A DNA stretch of 64,000 bases, taken from an uncultured Candidatus Saccharibacteria bacterium. GTDB lineage: Bacteria; Patescibacteriota; SICC01. The notes below the pieces were generated by a model. That model did not search any database and was not told the DNA's origin. It was given only the letters and a program-made list of their open reading frames with translations. Positions within the stretch are counted from its first letter, which is position 1. The number at the start of each line of letters is the position of its first letter. This document shows, piece after piece, positions 36,726-45,575 of the stretch. The stretch lies in assembly GCA_964476895.1 (NCBI GenBank), contig CAYZCS010000001.1, positions 1,351 through 65,350 on the forward strand, written 5' to 3'. Made by a program: the position numbers and the translations under genes.

Positions 36726-37235
36726 TTATAGAATCTTCGTCTGACCGTTCGGACCGAATAGTTCTCGCTTAGCTTTCTTGTACTCCGCCTCACTTTTACC
36801 TTCGAAACGGCGCTTCAATGCGTTGTATCGCTCAAGTAGCTCCCTGTTCGAACGCAACACATCCCGTACATTCGCGAAATCATCGTACGCGGAACCAACG
36901 ACGGTCAGCTGGATACCTACGGGAATCGCTGGATTAGCGTGATCTTCGAAGCTCGCAAAGCCATCGGTCCAGATTGTGTTCTCATGTCGGGGATTAAATC
37001 TACTGCGCAGTACGGCCTTCGCATTCTCAAAATCGCCTCCGGACACACTGACCTGGATATCTAAGTCCCCTTTCGTGATGGATCCCGGCACCGCCGTGCT
37101 ACCAACGTGCTGCACGTTTGCGCCAGGAAGCAACTCTAGAAGTAACTCCCGATAGCGCTCGAATTCCGTGTCGGCCGTTTCCTGGATTTCCTCGACGGGC
37201 ACGAAACGCACTTGAATAAAGCTACTTCCCCTCAT
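36726..37235 (-). CDS. GrpB-family protein (nucleotidyltransferase-like)
   Basis: HVGSTAVPGSITKGDLDIQV signature. Confidence 0.65.
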   Translation of the reverse strand: MRGSSFIQVRFVPVEEIQETADTEFERYRELLLELLPGANVQHVGSTAVPGSITKGDLDIQVSVSGGDFENAKAVLRSRFNPRHENTIWTDGFASFEDHANPAIPVGIQLTVVGSAYDDFANVRDVLRSNRELLERYNALKRRFEGKSEAEYKKAKRELFGPNGQTKIL

Positions 37236-37313
37236 TCTCCTTAATTCTAACCTTCACGATCTTCCGCACCAGCGCGACGATCCTCTGTCCGCCGCGGTTC
37301 TTAATCGCCTGCT

Positions 37314-38102
37314 TCACTTAATCCCTTTCAACCACCGTACCGTCGAGGCATACAGCTTTTCCGCTACGCCGTCTTCCTCGAAGCAGTGCCCCGCCCCTCG
37401 GATGACCTCATGAGCGCTCTTCCCCTGCGCGTTCTCCGCATACCGGCGACTCCCGCGCAGCACGCCGTTTCCAGCGGTAATGACCTTGAGTGGGTACGCG
37501 ATGTCCTTTCCGAGCTCTTCCCACGGAATGTTCGCATCCACGTCGACCATCCGTTTACCGAACAGGTAATCGACATACCCACGTATCCGGTACGCTTTCA
37601 GGCGCGGCTCGTACTTACTGCGCGAGCGGAGCAGCGCGAGCTTGTAGCTCGGGTCCCACAGCACCGCACCGTCCAAATCCTTGTCCTTCGACAGCAGGAT
37701 CGTCGTGCCGCCGTAGCTGTGCCCGACGGCGAAGATCTTCCGTTTGCCATGCTTCCGGAAGTACGCCACGACCGCGTCGAAGTCGGCGGCATGCGTCTTC
37801 AGCGTGGCTTGGCGGAGCGGCCGGCTGTCGTACAGGTAGTAGCGAAACGACGAAAAGCCCTGCTGCTCCAGGTACCGCGCGCCGTTGTAGAACTGGTGCT
37901 CGTTCGGATCGCCGGTCAGCCCGTGTACGAAGATTACCAGCGGCTTGGTCAGCGGTCCGCGCAGGAACCCCTTGACCGACTTCCCGCCGCCGACCGGCAT
38001 TCGGACGATTCTCTCCTTGGCTGCCATGCGCCCATCGTACTGCACCGGCTGTATAGCTGCTTTCATTAAGAGTAAATCTGGCATATAAAAGAAGTCGCAC
38101 AT
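37314..38102 (-). CDS. alpha/beta-hydrolase
   Basis: GHSYGG nucleophile elbow; start uncertain (several in-frame Met; MAAKER at ~38027 plausible). Confidence 0.6.
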   Translation of the reverse strand: MCDFFYMPDLLLMKAAIQPVQYDGRMAAKERIVRMPVGGGKSVKGFLRGPLTKPLVIFVHGLTGDPNEHQFYNGARYLEQQGFSSFRYYLYDSRPLRQATLKTHAADFDAVVAYFRKHGKRKIFAVGHSYGGTTILLSKDKDLDGAVLWDPSYKLALLRSRSKYEPRLKAYRIRGYVDYLFGKRMVDVDANIPWEELGKDIAYPLKVITAGNGVLRGSRRYAENAQGKSAHEVIRGAGHCFEEDGVAEKLYASTVRWLKGIK

Positions 38103-38197
38103 TCACAGCATTGGTTCCGGAACCGGCTGTCGCGAGCCATCAATCGTGACGTCCAACCGGAACCAAGGGTCCAACTCGGACCAGATCGGAGCAGACC

Positions 38198-38809
38198 ATG
38201 CGTTGTTATACCGTCTCGGACGGCAAGCTGAGCGAGGGCATCGCGGTCAACGTGGATCGCATCCCCTATACTGTCAGGTCTTCCCCCCAGGTGGGATCCG
38301 AGGACCACCTCATCCTCGGCCTCGGCCTTCGCGACATCCCTCCCCCTGACATCTATCGGGGTGAGGTGTTCCGCGCCGACTGGGATATGTACGGTGCCAG
38401 TGACCTCAAGCCGATGCTCCGGAAGGAGCGTGACGCCGGGCCAAACACCCAGACCGGGTTGCTCGTGCGGATCGTCGTGCCCAGGGCGGGATACGACAGC
38501 AGGCCCTTTTTCCTGACGATCAATGGTGACGCCCACCTCCTTGCGGGGCTGTACCGGGACGAGCACTCACGTACGAAGCGGTTCGCGAAGGATGGCAGCT
38601 TCAGGGAGATGGACGCCGTGTACTACTTCCAACCCGACTCCATCGCGAGGTTGACCTACTGGAAGCTGAGGTCGTCGGAGCGCTCTCCCGGTTCGCCCTG
38701 CGACTTCGCGCTCTTCTGCACCCAGGACGGCAAGCTCGGAATGGTCACCTGGGATCACTTCGCGGAGGAGTGCATCGCTACGCCGACCGGGACGGTCGTC
38801 GCCGTCTGA
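38198..38809 (+). CDS. hypothetical protein
   Basis: 203-aa ORF; no motif recognised. Confidence 0.45.
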   Translation: MRCYTVSDGKLSEGIAVNVDRIPYTVRSSPQVGSEDHLILGLGLRDIPPPDIYRGEVFRADWDMYGASDLKPMLRKERDAGPNTQTGLLVRIVVPRAGYDSRPFFLTINGDAHLLAGLYRDEHSRTKRFAKDGSFREMDAVYYFQPDSIARLTYWKLRSSERSPGSPCDFALFCTQDGKLGMVTWDHFAEECIATPTGTVVAV

Positions 38810-38899
38810 TTCACACCGGGGAACGGACCGTGATTCATGCACACCAGCATGCAGTCGCACCTTCCCCACTCTCCTGAGTGCATCTCCTTACGGAGGTGG

Positions 38900-38960
38900 G
38901 CTGAGGAGGTGCCCATATCCCGCCACTGCCGACGTTCACCAGCCAGTGAATGGCCACTTA
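38900..38960 (-). pseudogene. 3'-terminal remnant of a PhnB-like/VOC-family gene
   Basis: minus-strand frame reads VAIHWLVNVGSGG and matches the C-terminus ...KYGIHWMVNVGSGEMGSA of the intact paralog at 41134..41562; preceded by a stop, so no upstream body remains. Confidence 0.55.
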
Positions 38961-39091
38961 GTCAGCAGACCAAGCGTACATAAACCCATCGTAGAGGCAC
39001 TTATATGATTGGTCGCTTGTTATTACCCCCGACAGGCGCATGCTACAAGCAAGATTCAATAAACTGAGCAGCGTTGACGCCTGCTTAGGGG

Positions 39092-39976
39092 GTGGGAATG
39101 AAAAGGTTCAAACATACGACGGTATCCGCACTGGTTGCCGCTTTGGCGATCGGTTTTCCGGCGCAGGCCCTGGCCCAAGAGGCTCCGGTAGAACTCGGCA
39201 CCACCGAGGACTTCGCGGTCTTGGCCGGCACCGAGATCACCAACGTCCCCACTTCCGACATCACCGGAGACGTGGGCCTGAGCCCGGGCACCGGTGCCGC
39301 GATTACCGGACTGACCTGCGCGGAGGTGACCGGTACGATCTACGACGTTGACGGTACGTATCCGGACACCTGCGAGGTAACCGATCCCGCCCTGCTGACG
39401 ACGGCCAAAAACGACCTGGTTACGGCATATGACGATGCCGCCGGACGCACGCCGACCGAGACGTTCGCCGGCGGCGACAACCAGCTCGGCGGACAGACGC
39501 TGACCTCCGGCGTCTACGCGTTCGGCGCCGCGTCGACCGCCAACCTGGTCGGCACGCTGACGCTTAACGGCCAGAACGACCCGGATGCGGTATGGATCTT
39601 CCAGGCCTCATCCACCCTGGTAACGGCATCGAGCAGCGTGGTGAGTCTCACCAACGGCGCCCAAGCCTGCAACGTCTTCTGGCAGGTTGGCAGTTCCGCC
39701 ACGCTCGGATCCGACTCCGTGTTCGTCGGGACCATCATGGCCCTCACTTCCATCGGGTTGGATACCGGCGCCACCATCAACGGGGGCCAGGCGCTGGCAC
39801 GTGACGGCGCGGTCACCCTGGACCAGAACGTCATCACCGACTCGGCATGTGCGCTCTCCGAGCCCCCCGACGACGATGATGGTGATGACACGGACTCCGG
39901 TTCTGACACCGGCTCACTCGCCGCCGGCGATATCGTTCCCAAGCTACCGAACGCCGGAGCCGGTCCTCGCAACTAG
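39092..39976 (+). CDS. secreted DUF3494 (ice-binding-like) domain protein ending in an LPNAG sortase-like motif
   Basis: signal peptide MKRFKHTTVSALVAALAIGFPAQALA; DUF3494-like repeats (FAVLAGTEITN...GDVGLSPGTG); C-terminus ...KLPNAGAGPRN-stop with no hydrophobic anchor. Confidence 0.6.
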   Translation: MGMKRFKHTTVSALVAALAIGFPAQALAQEAPVELGTTEDFAVLAGTEITNVPTSDITGDVGLSPGTGAAITGLTCAEVTGTIYDVDGTYPDTCEVTDPALLTTAKNDLVTAYDDAAGRTPTETFAGGDNQLGGQTLTSGVYAFGAASTANLVGTLTLNGQNDPDAVWIFQASSTLVTASSSVVSLTNGAQACNVFWQVGSSATLGSDSVFVGTIMALTSIGLDTGATINGGQALARDGAVTLDQNVITDSACALSEPPDDDDGDDTDSGSDTGSLAAGDIVPKLPNAGAGPRN

Positions 39977-39994
39977 GACACGCCCTGCCAAGAT

Positions 39995-40591
39995 ATGCCT
40001 GCGGATAAGCCAGTTCGTCGCCGGATCTTCGCAGCCGTGATCGGCGTAGCGCTGGCCGGAGCGCTGGTCTCGTTCGGGTTGCTCGGATTGCTCGGGCCGT
40101 TCCGAACCGATTCGCCGCCGCGTACCGCCGAAACCACGGCGGTTCAGGTGGGCGTGCCGGTGCACCTGGAAATCCCGAAGATCGGGGTGGATGCGGCGAT
40201 CGAGCTTACCGGCCTGACGCGTCAGGGATTGATGGGCGTCCCGAAAGACCCCGACAACGCCGCCTGGTACAAGCACGGGCCGCGCCCCGGTGAGATAGGG
40301 AGCGCGGTGATCGACGGGCACTTCGACTGGGACAACGGGACCCCCGCGGTGTTCGATGATCTCCACAAGCTGCGGCCCGGCGACAAAGTGATGGTTACGG
40401 ACCGGCACGGCACGATCATCTCGTTCGTCGTGCGGAAGTCCCGGAACTATAGTCCGGAGGCAGATGCCACCAGCGTGTTCCGTTCCAGCGACGGGAAAGC
40501 CCACCTCAACCTGATCACCTGCACCGGCGTGTGGAACCAGGATCGAGACAGCTACTCACAACGTCTCGTGGTGTTCTCCGATCGGGAATAG
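39995..40591 (+). CDS. sortase (class E/F-like transpeptidase)
   Basis: N-terminal signal anchor, LEIPKIGV, catalytic His region, TLITCTG catalytic Cys motif. Confidence 0.75.
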   Translation: MPADKPVRRRIFAAVIGVALAGALVSFGLLGLLGPFRTDSPPRTAETTAVQVGVPVHLEIPKIGVDAAIELTGLTRQGLMGVPKDPDNAAWYKHGPRPGEIGSAVIDGHFDWDNGTPAVFDDLHKLRPGDKVMVTDRHGTIISFVVRKSRNYSPEADATSVFRSSDGKAHLNLITCTGVWNQDRDSYSQRLVVFSDRE

Positions 40592-40606
40592 CCAGGCAGA
40601 GATCTT

Positions 40607-41137
40607 CTATTTTCCCGCGGCCGCCCGCTCCAGCTCCGCGACGTCGATCTTCTTCATCGTGAGCATCGCGTCCATCACCCGGCCGGCCTTCTCCTTGTCC
40701 GGATCGGTCATCAGCTCGCCGAGCCGCTTCGGGACGATCTGCCAGGACAGGCCGTACTTGTCTTTCAGCCAGCCACACTGCTCCGACTCGGGCACCGCGG
40801 AGAAACGCTCCCAAAAGTAGTCGACTTCCGCCTGGTCCGCACACTCCACGTAGAACGAGACGCTCTCGTTGAATGTGAATATCGGTCCGCCGTCGAGCGC
40901 CATGAACCGCTGGCCGGCCAGCTCGAAGATCGCGGTGAGCACCTTGCCTTCCATGTCTTTCATCGGACCGACCTGCTTACCTTCCGGATACCGCTCGATG
41001 CTGACGATCCGCGACTCCGCGCGCTTCCCTGGCGCGGCGCTGAAGGTGTCCACGTAGAAGGTGATCGCCTCCTCGCACTCCTTGTCGAACCACAGGCTGG
41101 GAACGATCTTCTGCGTACGCTGCGTATCCTCCGTCAT
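40607..41137 (-). CDS. VOC/PhnB-like family protein
   Basis: KYGLSWQIVP signature, glyoxalase-like fold pattern. Confidence 0.65.
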   Translation of the reverse strand: MTEDTQRTQKIVPSLWFDKECEEAITFYVDTFSAAPGKRAESRIVSIERYPEGKQVGPMKDMEGKVLTAIFELAGQRFMALDGGPIFTFNESVSFYVECADQAEVDYFWERFSAVPESEQCGWLKDKYGLSWQIVPKRLGELMTDPDKEKAGRVMDAMLTMKKIDVAELERAAAGK

Positions 41138-41562
41138 GCCGAACCCATCTCGCCGCTACCGACGTTCACCATCCAATGGATGCCGTACTTGTCGGTCACC
41201 ATACCGAAGAGGTCACCCCAGAACGCTTTCTCCAGCGGCATCGTCACCGTGCCGCCCTCGCTGAGACCGTCGAAGCACTCCCGGAGCTTCTGCTCGTCCG
41301 AGCCGTTGATCGAGAGAGCCACGTTCGTCCCGGCCACGTAGTCCTCGTCCTTCGGGCCGTCACTGGCGAACAGGCTCACCGCCCCGCCCTGGAGCGACGC
41401 GTGCATGATCAGCGCCTGCTTTTCCTCCGGAAAGTCCATCGGCGTGTCGCCGAACGTCTGCATCTGCAGCTCGCCGCCGAAGATGCCACGGTAGAATTCC
41501 ATGGCTTCCTTGGTCTTGCCGTCTTTGAAGCTGAGATACGGGGTCAGGGTCGTGTCGCTCAT
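41134..41562 (-). CDS. VOC/PhnB-like family protein (tandem paralog)
   Basis: DKYGIHWMVNV; 4-nt overlap with the downstream paralog. Confidence 0.65.
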   Translation of the reverse strand: MSDTTLTPYLSFKDGKTKEAMEFYRGIFGGELQMQTFGDTPMDFPEEKQALIMHASLQGGAVSLFASDGPKDEDYVAGTNVALSINGSDEQKLRECFDGLSEGGTVTMPLEKAFWGDLFGMVTDKYGIHWMVNVGSGEMGSA

Positions 41563-41741
41563 GGGCCTCCTTGGTCATGTTACTGCGAGACCATTGTACG
41601 CCCATGCTCAGAGACGTGGCGGTAGACCTCACTCGAAAGCATCAGCGGTGCGAGGCCTTCAGCGATATGCTACAGTTAACTGCTTTCGACGCAGAAGGCA
41701 TTAACAGCACGCTTTCCATGATCCCGACAGAAAGGGGAAAC

Positions 41742-42239
41742 GTGATCACTGGTCGTAGAATACTGACACTGCTGCTCATCGTCGCAGTGGGGACCGTCGG
41801 CTTCTTCGTGGGAGGGAATCTCCGCGAGAACGACGACGCGGACTCCGCCACGCGGACGAGCGGCGCGAGCCAGCCACTCATTCCGCCAAGTTGGGCTGAC
41901 TGCTCGATCATCGTCGTAACACGTCAACAGTTCAGTCCGGTCGTGGACGCGCCCTTCTGCAAGCAATCGACTTTCCTGCTCCGGAGGGCGCTGGTGCCGA
42001 GCCAAGAGGCCCGGCCTAACGAGTGCCGGCTTGATGTGGACTTTTACGACCTCAGACGACGGTTTTTCGATCGCGATGACGGGCCTCGGCTTGCGAAATA
42101 CCGCGATCGCTTCTCGATCTCGTGCAGGAAGATCCTGTTCGTCATACACAACCCCAGCGAGATCGCGTCGTACGAGCACGACGTAGTCAGCAGCGGGGTC
42201 TTGGAGCCCGGCCAAAAGGGCCACAACCTCCATCCATAG
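41742..42239 (+). CDS. secreted/lipoprotein-like hypothetical protein (paralog A)
   Basis: GTG start after the GAAAGGGGAAAC SD-like sequence; signal-anchor ILTLLLIVAVGTVGFFVGG; shares ADC(S/T)I(I/V)VVT...FCKQS...ECRLD blocks with 43943..44557. Confidence 0.55.
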   Translation: MITGRRILTLLLIVAVGTVGFFVGGNLRENDDADSATRTSGASQPLIPPSWADCSIIVVTRQQFSPVVDAPFCKQSTFLLRRALVPSQEARPNECRLDVDFYDLRRRFFDRDDGPRLAKYRDRFSISCRKILFVIHNPSEIASYEHDVVSSGVLEPGQKGHNLHP

Positions 42240-42387
42240 CTGCCGCACCGCACCGTCCCCGCCCGGAACCACTCCTCATCAAGGAGCCGGGCGGGGACTT
42301 TTGCTGTACCCAAAGAGTAAGATGCGGATAGCCGCGACGGGAAAGCCCGACGCCACGGTCGAAGTCTGATCTGCCCCAGCGGTCCGC

Positions 42388-43713
42388 TCAGTCGCGGCGG
42401 ATCCGGGACGGATGCACCGGTACGAGGTCCCGATGCAAGGTTGTCGCGAGCTCCGCGGCTGCGTCGGCGGCATCCACGCCTTGCAGGTTACGAGTAAGCG
42501 CATCGAGGGAAAAGAAATCTTTCGGCAATCCGCCCTCGTCATGCTCCCATCCGTACTGCTTGACCTCCGTCTTTTTGACTCCGCCCGGACGGCGCGCGTA
42601 CGTGTCGTGCTCCTGGTCGTGGACCCACGGCAGGATCCGTACCTGCCCCGGCTCGCTACGTAGTTCGAGCATCGTCGAGGTTTCCGGGTCGAAGTAGTAC
42701 GCGAACGTTTCGCTGCCCGCCGTGCCGGCATCGTGCGCCTGGTCGACCAGGCCTTTGCACCGGTTATCGATACGGGCCACGTCGGCCTCGAAGTTCTCCT
42801 CCCGTTCACGCTCGACCCGGTGCAGGAGCAGCGCGACCGTCTCATGACGGGATTCCACTTCCAGCCCGATCTGTTCCGCGGCGACCAGGTCGGCCTGCGC
42901 GATCTCCAGTAGCTCCTGGGTGCTGAGTCCGAGCTCGGCTTCGCGTCCACGGTACCGGTCCGCGATATCCAGGATCGCCGTGGTGTGCCGCCGGACGAAC
43001 TTCGGAGGTACCGGCTTGGTCTCCATGGAGACCACCGACCGGCGCAACGCGATCTCCGCCGCGTCGAGTTTCGCCAGCGGCGCCTCAGCATCGCGGCCGC
43101 GCCGCATCCGCTGGCGACCGACTTTCGCGACCTCAAGCGCCCGGGCGGTCCAGCGCTTCTGCTGGGGATACCGCTCCAACCCGATCACCTCCGACGCTTC
43201 GATCATGTCCGCGGCCAGCCAGACGTGGGCAATGGCGGCTTCCCGCCGTTCTTCCGTAAGCGGGCCGGGTTTCTCGAAGACCACCCGCTCGTAGGTCTCG
43301 ATCGCCCGACCCGCGGCATTGATGGCCGTCTTGGGCCGCGGGGACCCTGGCACCTCCCACTGGTGCATCCGGAGTTCGGTGAGCGAGCTGGCGCCGACGG
43401 TGTGCGCCCACGCCAATTGGAAGCGCGGTTCCGCATCCGCGACACCCTTGCCTACGGCACGGGTCACCCGGGCACGGGTACCCTGGAGAGCGTCGTGCGC
43501 ATCGAGCAACTGCGCCCAGTGCGGCGCACGGGATTCGATGTCCGCGGGAACGTCCTCGGGCAGCCCGTTGATCGCCTCCCATGCGTCCTCGGCGCGACGT
43601 TGTACGGATTCCACCAGCAACCGGTCCGCGGCCCGCCGATACGCTTCTTCGCGCGGCAGTCCTTCGGTGCCGTCCGGCGACAGCTCTGGCTCGGTGTTTC
43701 CGGGTAGTGTCAT
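42388..43713 (-). CDS. hypothetical protein
   Basis: 441-aa ORF; helical; no motif recognised. Confidence 0.5.
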   Translation of the reverse strand: MTLPGNTEPELSPDGTEGLPREEAYRRAADRLLVESVQRRAEDAWEAINGLPEDVPADIESRAPHWAQLLDAHDALQGTRARVTRAVGKGVADAEPRFQLAWAHTVGASSLTELRMHQWEVPGSPRPKTAINAAGRAIETYERVVFEKPGPLTEERREAAIAHVWLAADMIEASEVIGLERYPQQKRWTARALEVAKVGRQRMRRGRDAEAPLAKLDAAEIALRRSVVSMETKPVPPKFVRRHTTAILDIADRYRGREAELGLSTQELLEIAQADLVAAEQIGLEVESRHETVALLLHRVEREREENFEADVARIDNRCKGLVDQAHDAGTAGSETFAYYFDPETSTMLELRSEPGQVRILPWVHDQEHDTYARRPGGVKKTEVKQYGWEHDEGGLPKDFFSLDALTRNLQGVDAADAAAELATTLHRDLVPVHPSRIRRD

Positions 43714-43942
43714 AGCGAACTAACGTACCCGACAATCATACCTTTGGCAATGCGGCGGACCTAGTCGGTCGGCAATCTTACCAGTTATTGCCTTAACCAA
43801 GGTCTTCTAAAAGCATTGCAAGTATGTTAGGGTGAGATGTCTTTCCCTGGCGGAAAGGCATTAACAACACTTCCTTCGGTCGGGGCAGGCGTCCCGGGTA
43901 CGCTCGCCCCTGGAGCGCCCGTTCCCGACAGGAAGGAGAGAC

Positions 43943-44557
43943 GTGGGCAACTCTCGAAAGTTGATGGTACTCGTCGCGGTCGCGGTCGTCGCGGTTTTCG
44001 CGGCCAGCTGCGGCGGGGACGACGGCAAGGTCACCGTCGTGACCGAGACGGTCACGACCGATGAGCCGGTGCAGCTCCCGAAGGTCACGGCCGAGCAGAA
44101 GCAGGCTCAGGCACGAGCAGTGAAGCAGGTGCGGGACTTGGACGCCGACTGCACCATCGTCGTCGTCACGCTCGCGGACCAACGCGCCAAGATCCAGCGG
44201 CCGTTCTTCTGCAAGCAGTCCGTGCTGCGCGTAAAGAAGAACCTGCCCCTCTCGCCGTTCGCGGCGGAGGATGAGTGCCGGCTCGACTACGAGCCGACGA
44301 CACTCTACTCAGAGGGCAAGGGCTACTGGCAGACGGTCATCGTCCTGAGCCAGTCCTGGCCACGCTTCACGCCGAAGTGCAAGCGCATCCGCTTCGTGGT
44401 GTTCGCCACGCAAGATGAGGATGTCGTCGACTACGCGCGTGAGGCACCGCTCACACGGGGGAAGCTCAAGCCGGGCCAAAAGGCCTACTACACCCCCGAC
44501 CCCGGTCTGCGGGAGTACCAAAGGGAGTACGGCAAGTTCAGCCAGCACGCCCAGTAA
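43943..44557 (+). CDS. lipoprotein (paralog B of 41742..42239)
   Basis: lipobox VFAASCGG; conserved 5' leader AAGGCATTAACA(A/G)CAC...CCCGACAG(G)AA(A/G)G shared with paralog A. Confidence 0.6.
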   Translation: MGNSRKLMVLVAVAVVAVFAASCGGDDGKVTVVTETVTTDEPVQLPKVTAEQKQAQARAVKQVRDLDADCTIVVVTLADQRAKIQRPFFCKQSVLRVKKNLPLSPFAAEDECRLDYEPTTLYSEGKGYWQTVIVLSQSWPRFTPKCKRIRFVVFATQDEDVVDYAREAPLTRGKLKPGQKAYYTPDPGLREYQREYGKFSQHAQ

Positions 44558-44893
44558 TCCTGTAGTCGCCCGCGTCACACCCGTCCCCGTCCGGAACCAC
44601 TTCTTTTTTAGAAGCCGGACGGGGACCTTTGCTATATCGACTTACGAGTACGTCTTTGCGCTTTATCTGCCTTCCGTCAACAGCTACCTCTTGCCCAGTT
44701 TGAGTCCGCTAGCATATCATGCATTATGGCCTTTACAAAGCGATTTATTTACGATACGATTCGAGGCCGATTAGCACGTTAACATCCGCACCGGAGAGCT
44801 CAGCGAGCGTACACCGTGCGCCTGATGAGCTCTCCGTTGCTGCTGCGGCCGAGCACCACTACACGACATCCAGCAGCCGAAAGGAAAGTCATC

Positions 44894-45481
44894 ATGACCG
44901 TCACCATGCTCGTTCCGGATTGGAACGCGACCGACGAGTTGCGAGAGGTCCACGAGGCGCGAGAGGCCTCAAGGCGAGATTCCGGGGTGCCCCTGTCAAC
45001 GATGAACCAATGGTTCCGTAACACCGATATAAATTGGGATAGCGAGATCGGAGACTATTTCAGGATCCTGAGTCGTCTAGGGGATGTTCCCAAGCATCTG
45101 AAGGACATCCGGTTTCCACGTGTCGGGCTCTCGCGAGCCAATTCGCCGCTCACCCAGGCCATCGATGGGCCGTACGAGGATGACTGCGTCACCGGCCGTG
45201 TCGAGAGCTATGTCCGCGATGGAGTGATCCAGCAGAGCATCGTGGTCTGGGGCTCGAATCTCATCATGGTCAACCAGTTCTTCGACGCCCTCGTGGCCGG
45301 TAAGAAGCACGACTGGAACATGAACCCGGCGCCGCTGGCGAGGGAGACGATCACCATCCGTGACGTCCTACCCGACGGCAAGACCCGCACAGTCGAGGTC
45401 GAGTTCCCTGTAACCAGCCAGGCTCTGCTCGGGCTGGCTCGCCGGCTCGCCGATCCGTCGGACAAGAGGCCCGTCAGCTAG
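44894..45481 (+). CDS. hypothetical protein
   Basis: start at the ATG preceded by the AAAGGAAAG SD; the longer track ORF begins 78 nt upstream. Confidence 0.5.
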   Translation: MTVTMLVPDWNATDELREVHEAREASRRDSGVPLSTMNQWFRNTDINWDSEIGDYFRILSRLGDVPKHLKDIRFPRVGLSRANSPLTQAIDGPYEDDCVTGRVESYVRDGVIQQSIVVWGSNLIMVNQFFDALVAGKKHDWNMNPAPLARETITIRDVLPDGKTRTVEVEFPVTSQALLGLARRLADPSDKRPVS

Positions 45482-45575
45482 CAGCAATGGAAGCACCGGG
45501 CGGGCAGCCACAGACAACCAACGTCTCCGCTGCCCGCCCGTTACCACTTTATGTGGTACTTAAACGTGCTACCTG

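Noticed and set aside
39900-40060. Read-through fusion of the DUF3494 protein into the sortase N-terminal hydrophobic segment, which would supply the missing sorting-signal anchor
   Set aside because: There is an in-frame TAG stop after ...GPRN. The hydrophobic segment is the normal sortase signal-anchor in a different gene, though the unusual arrangement was kept as a finding.
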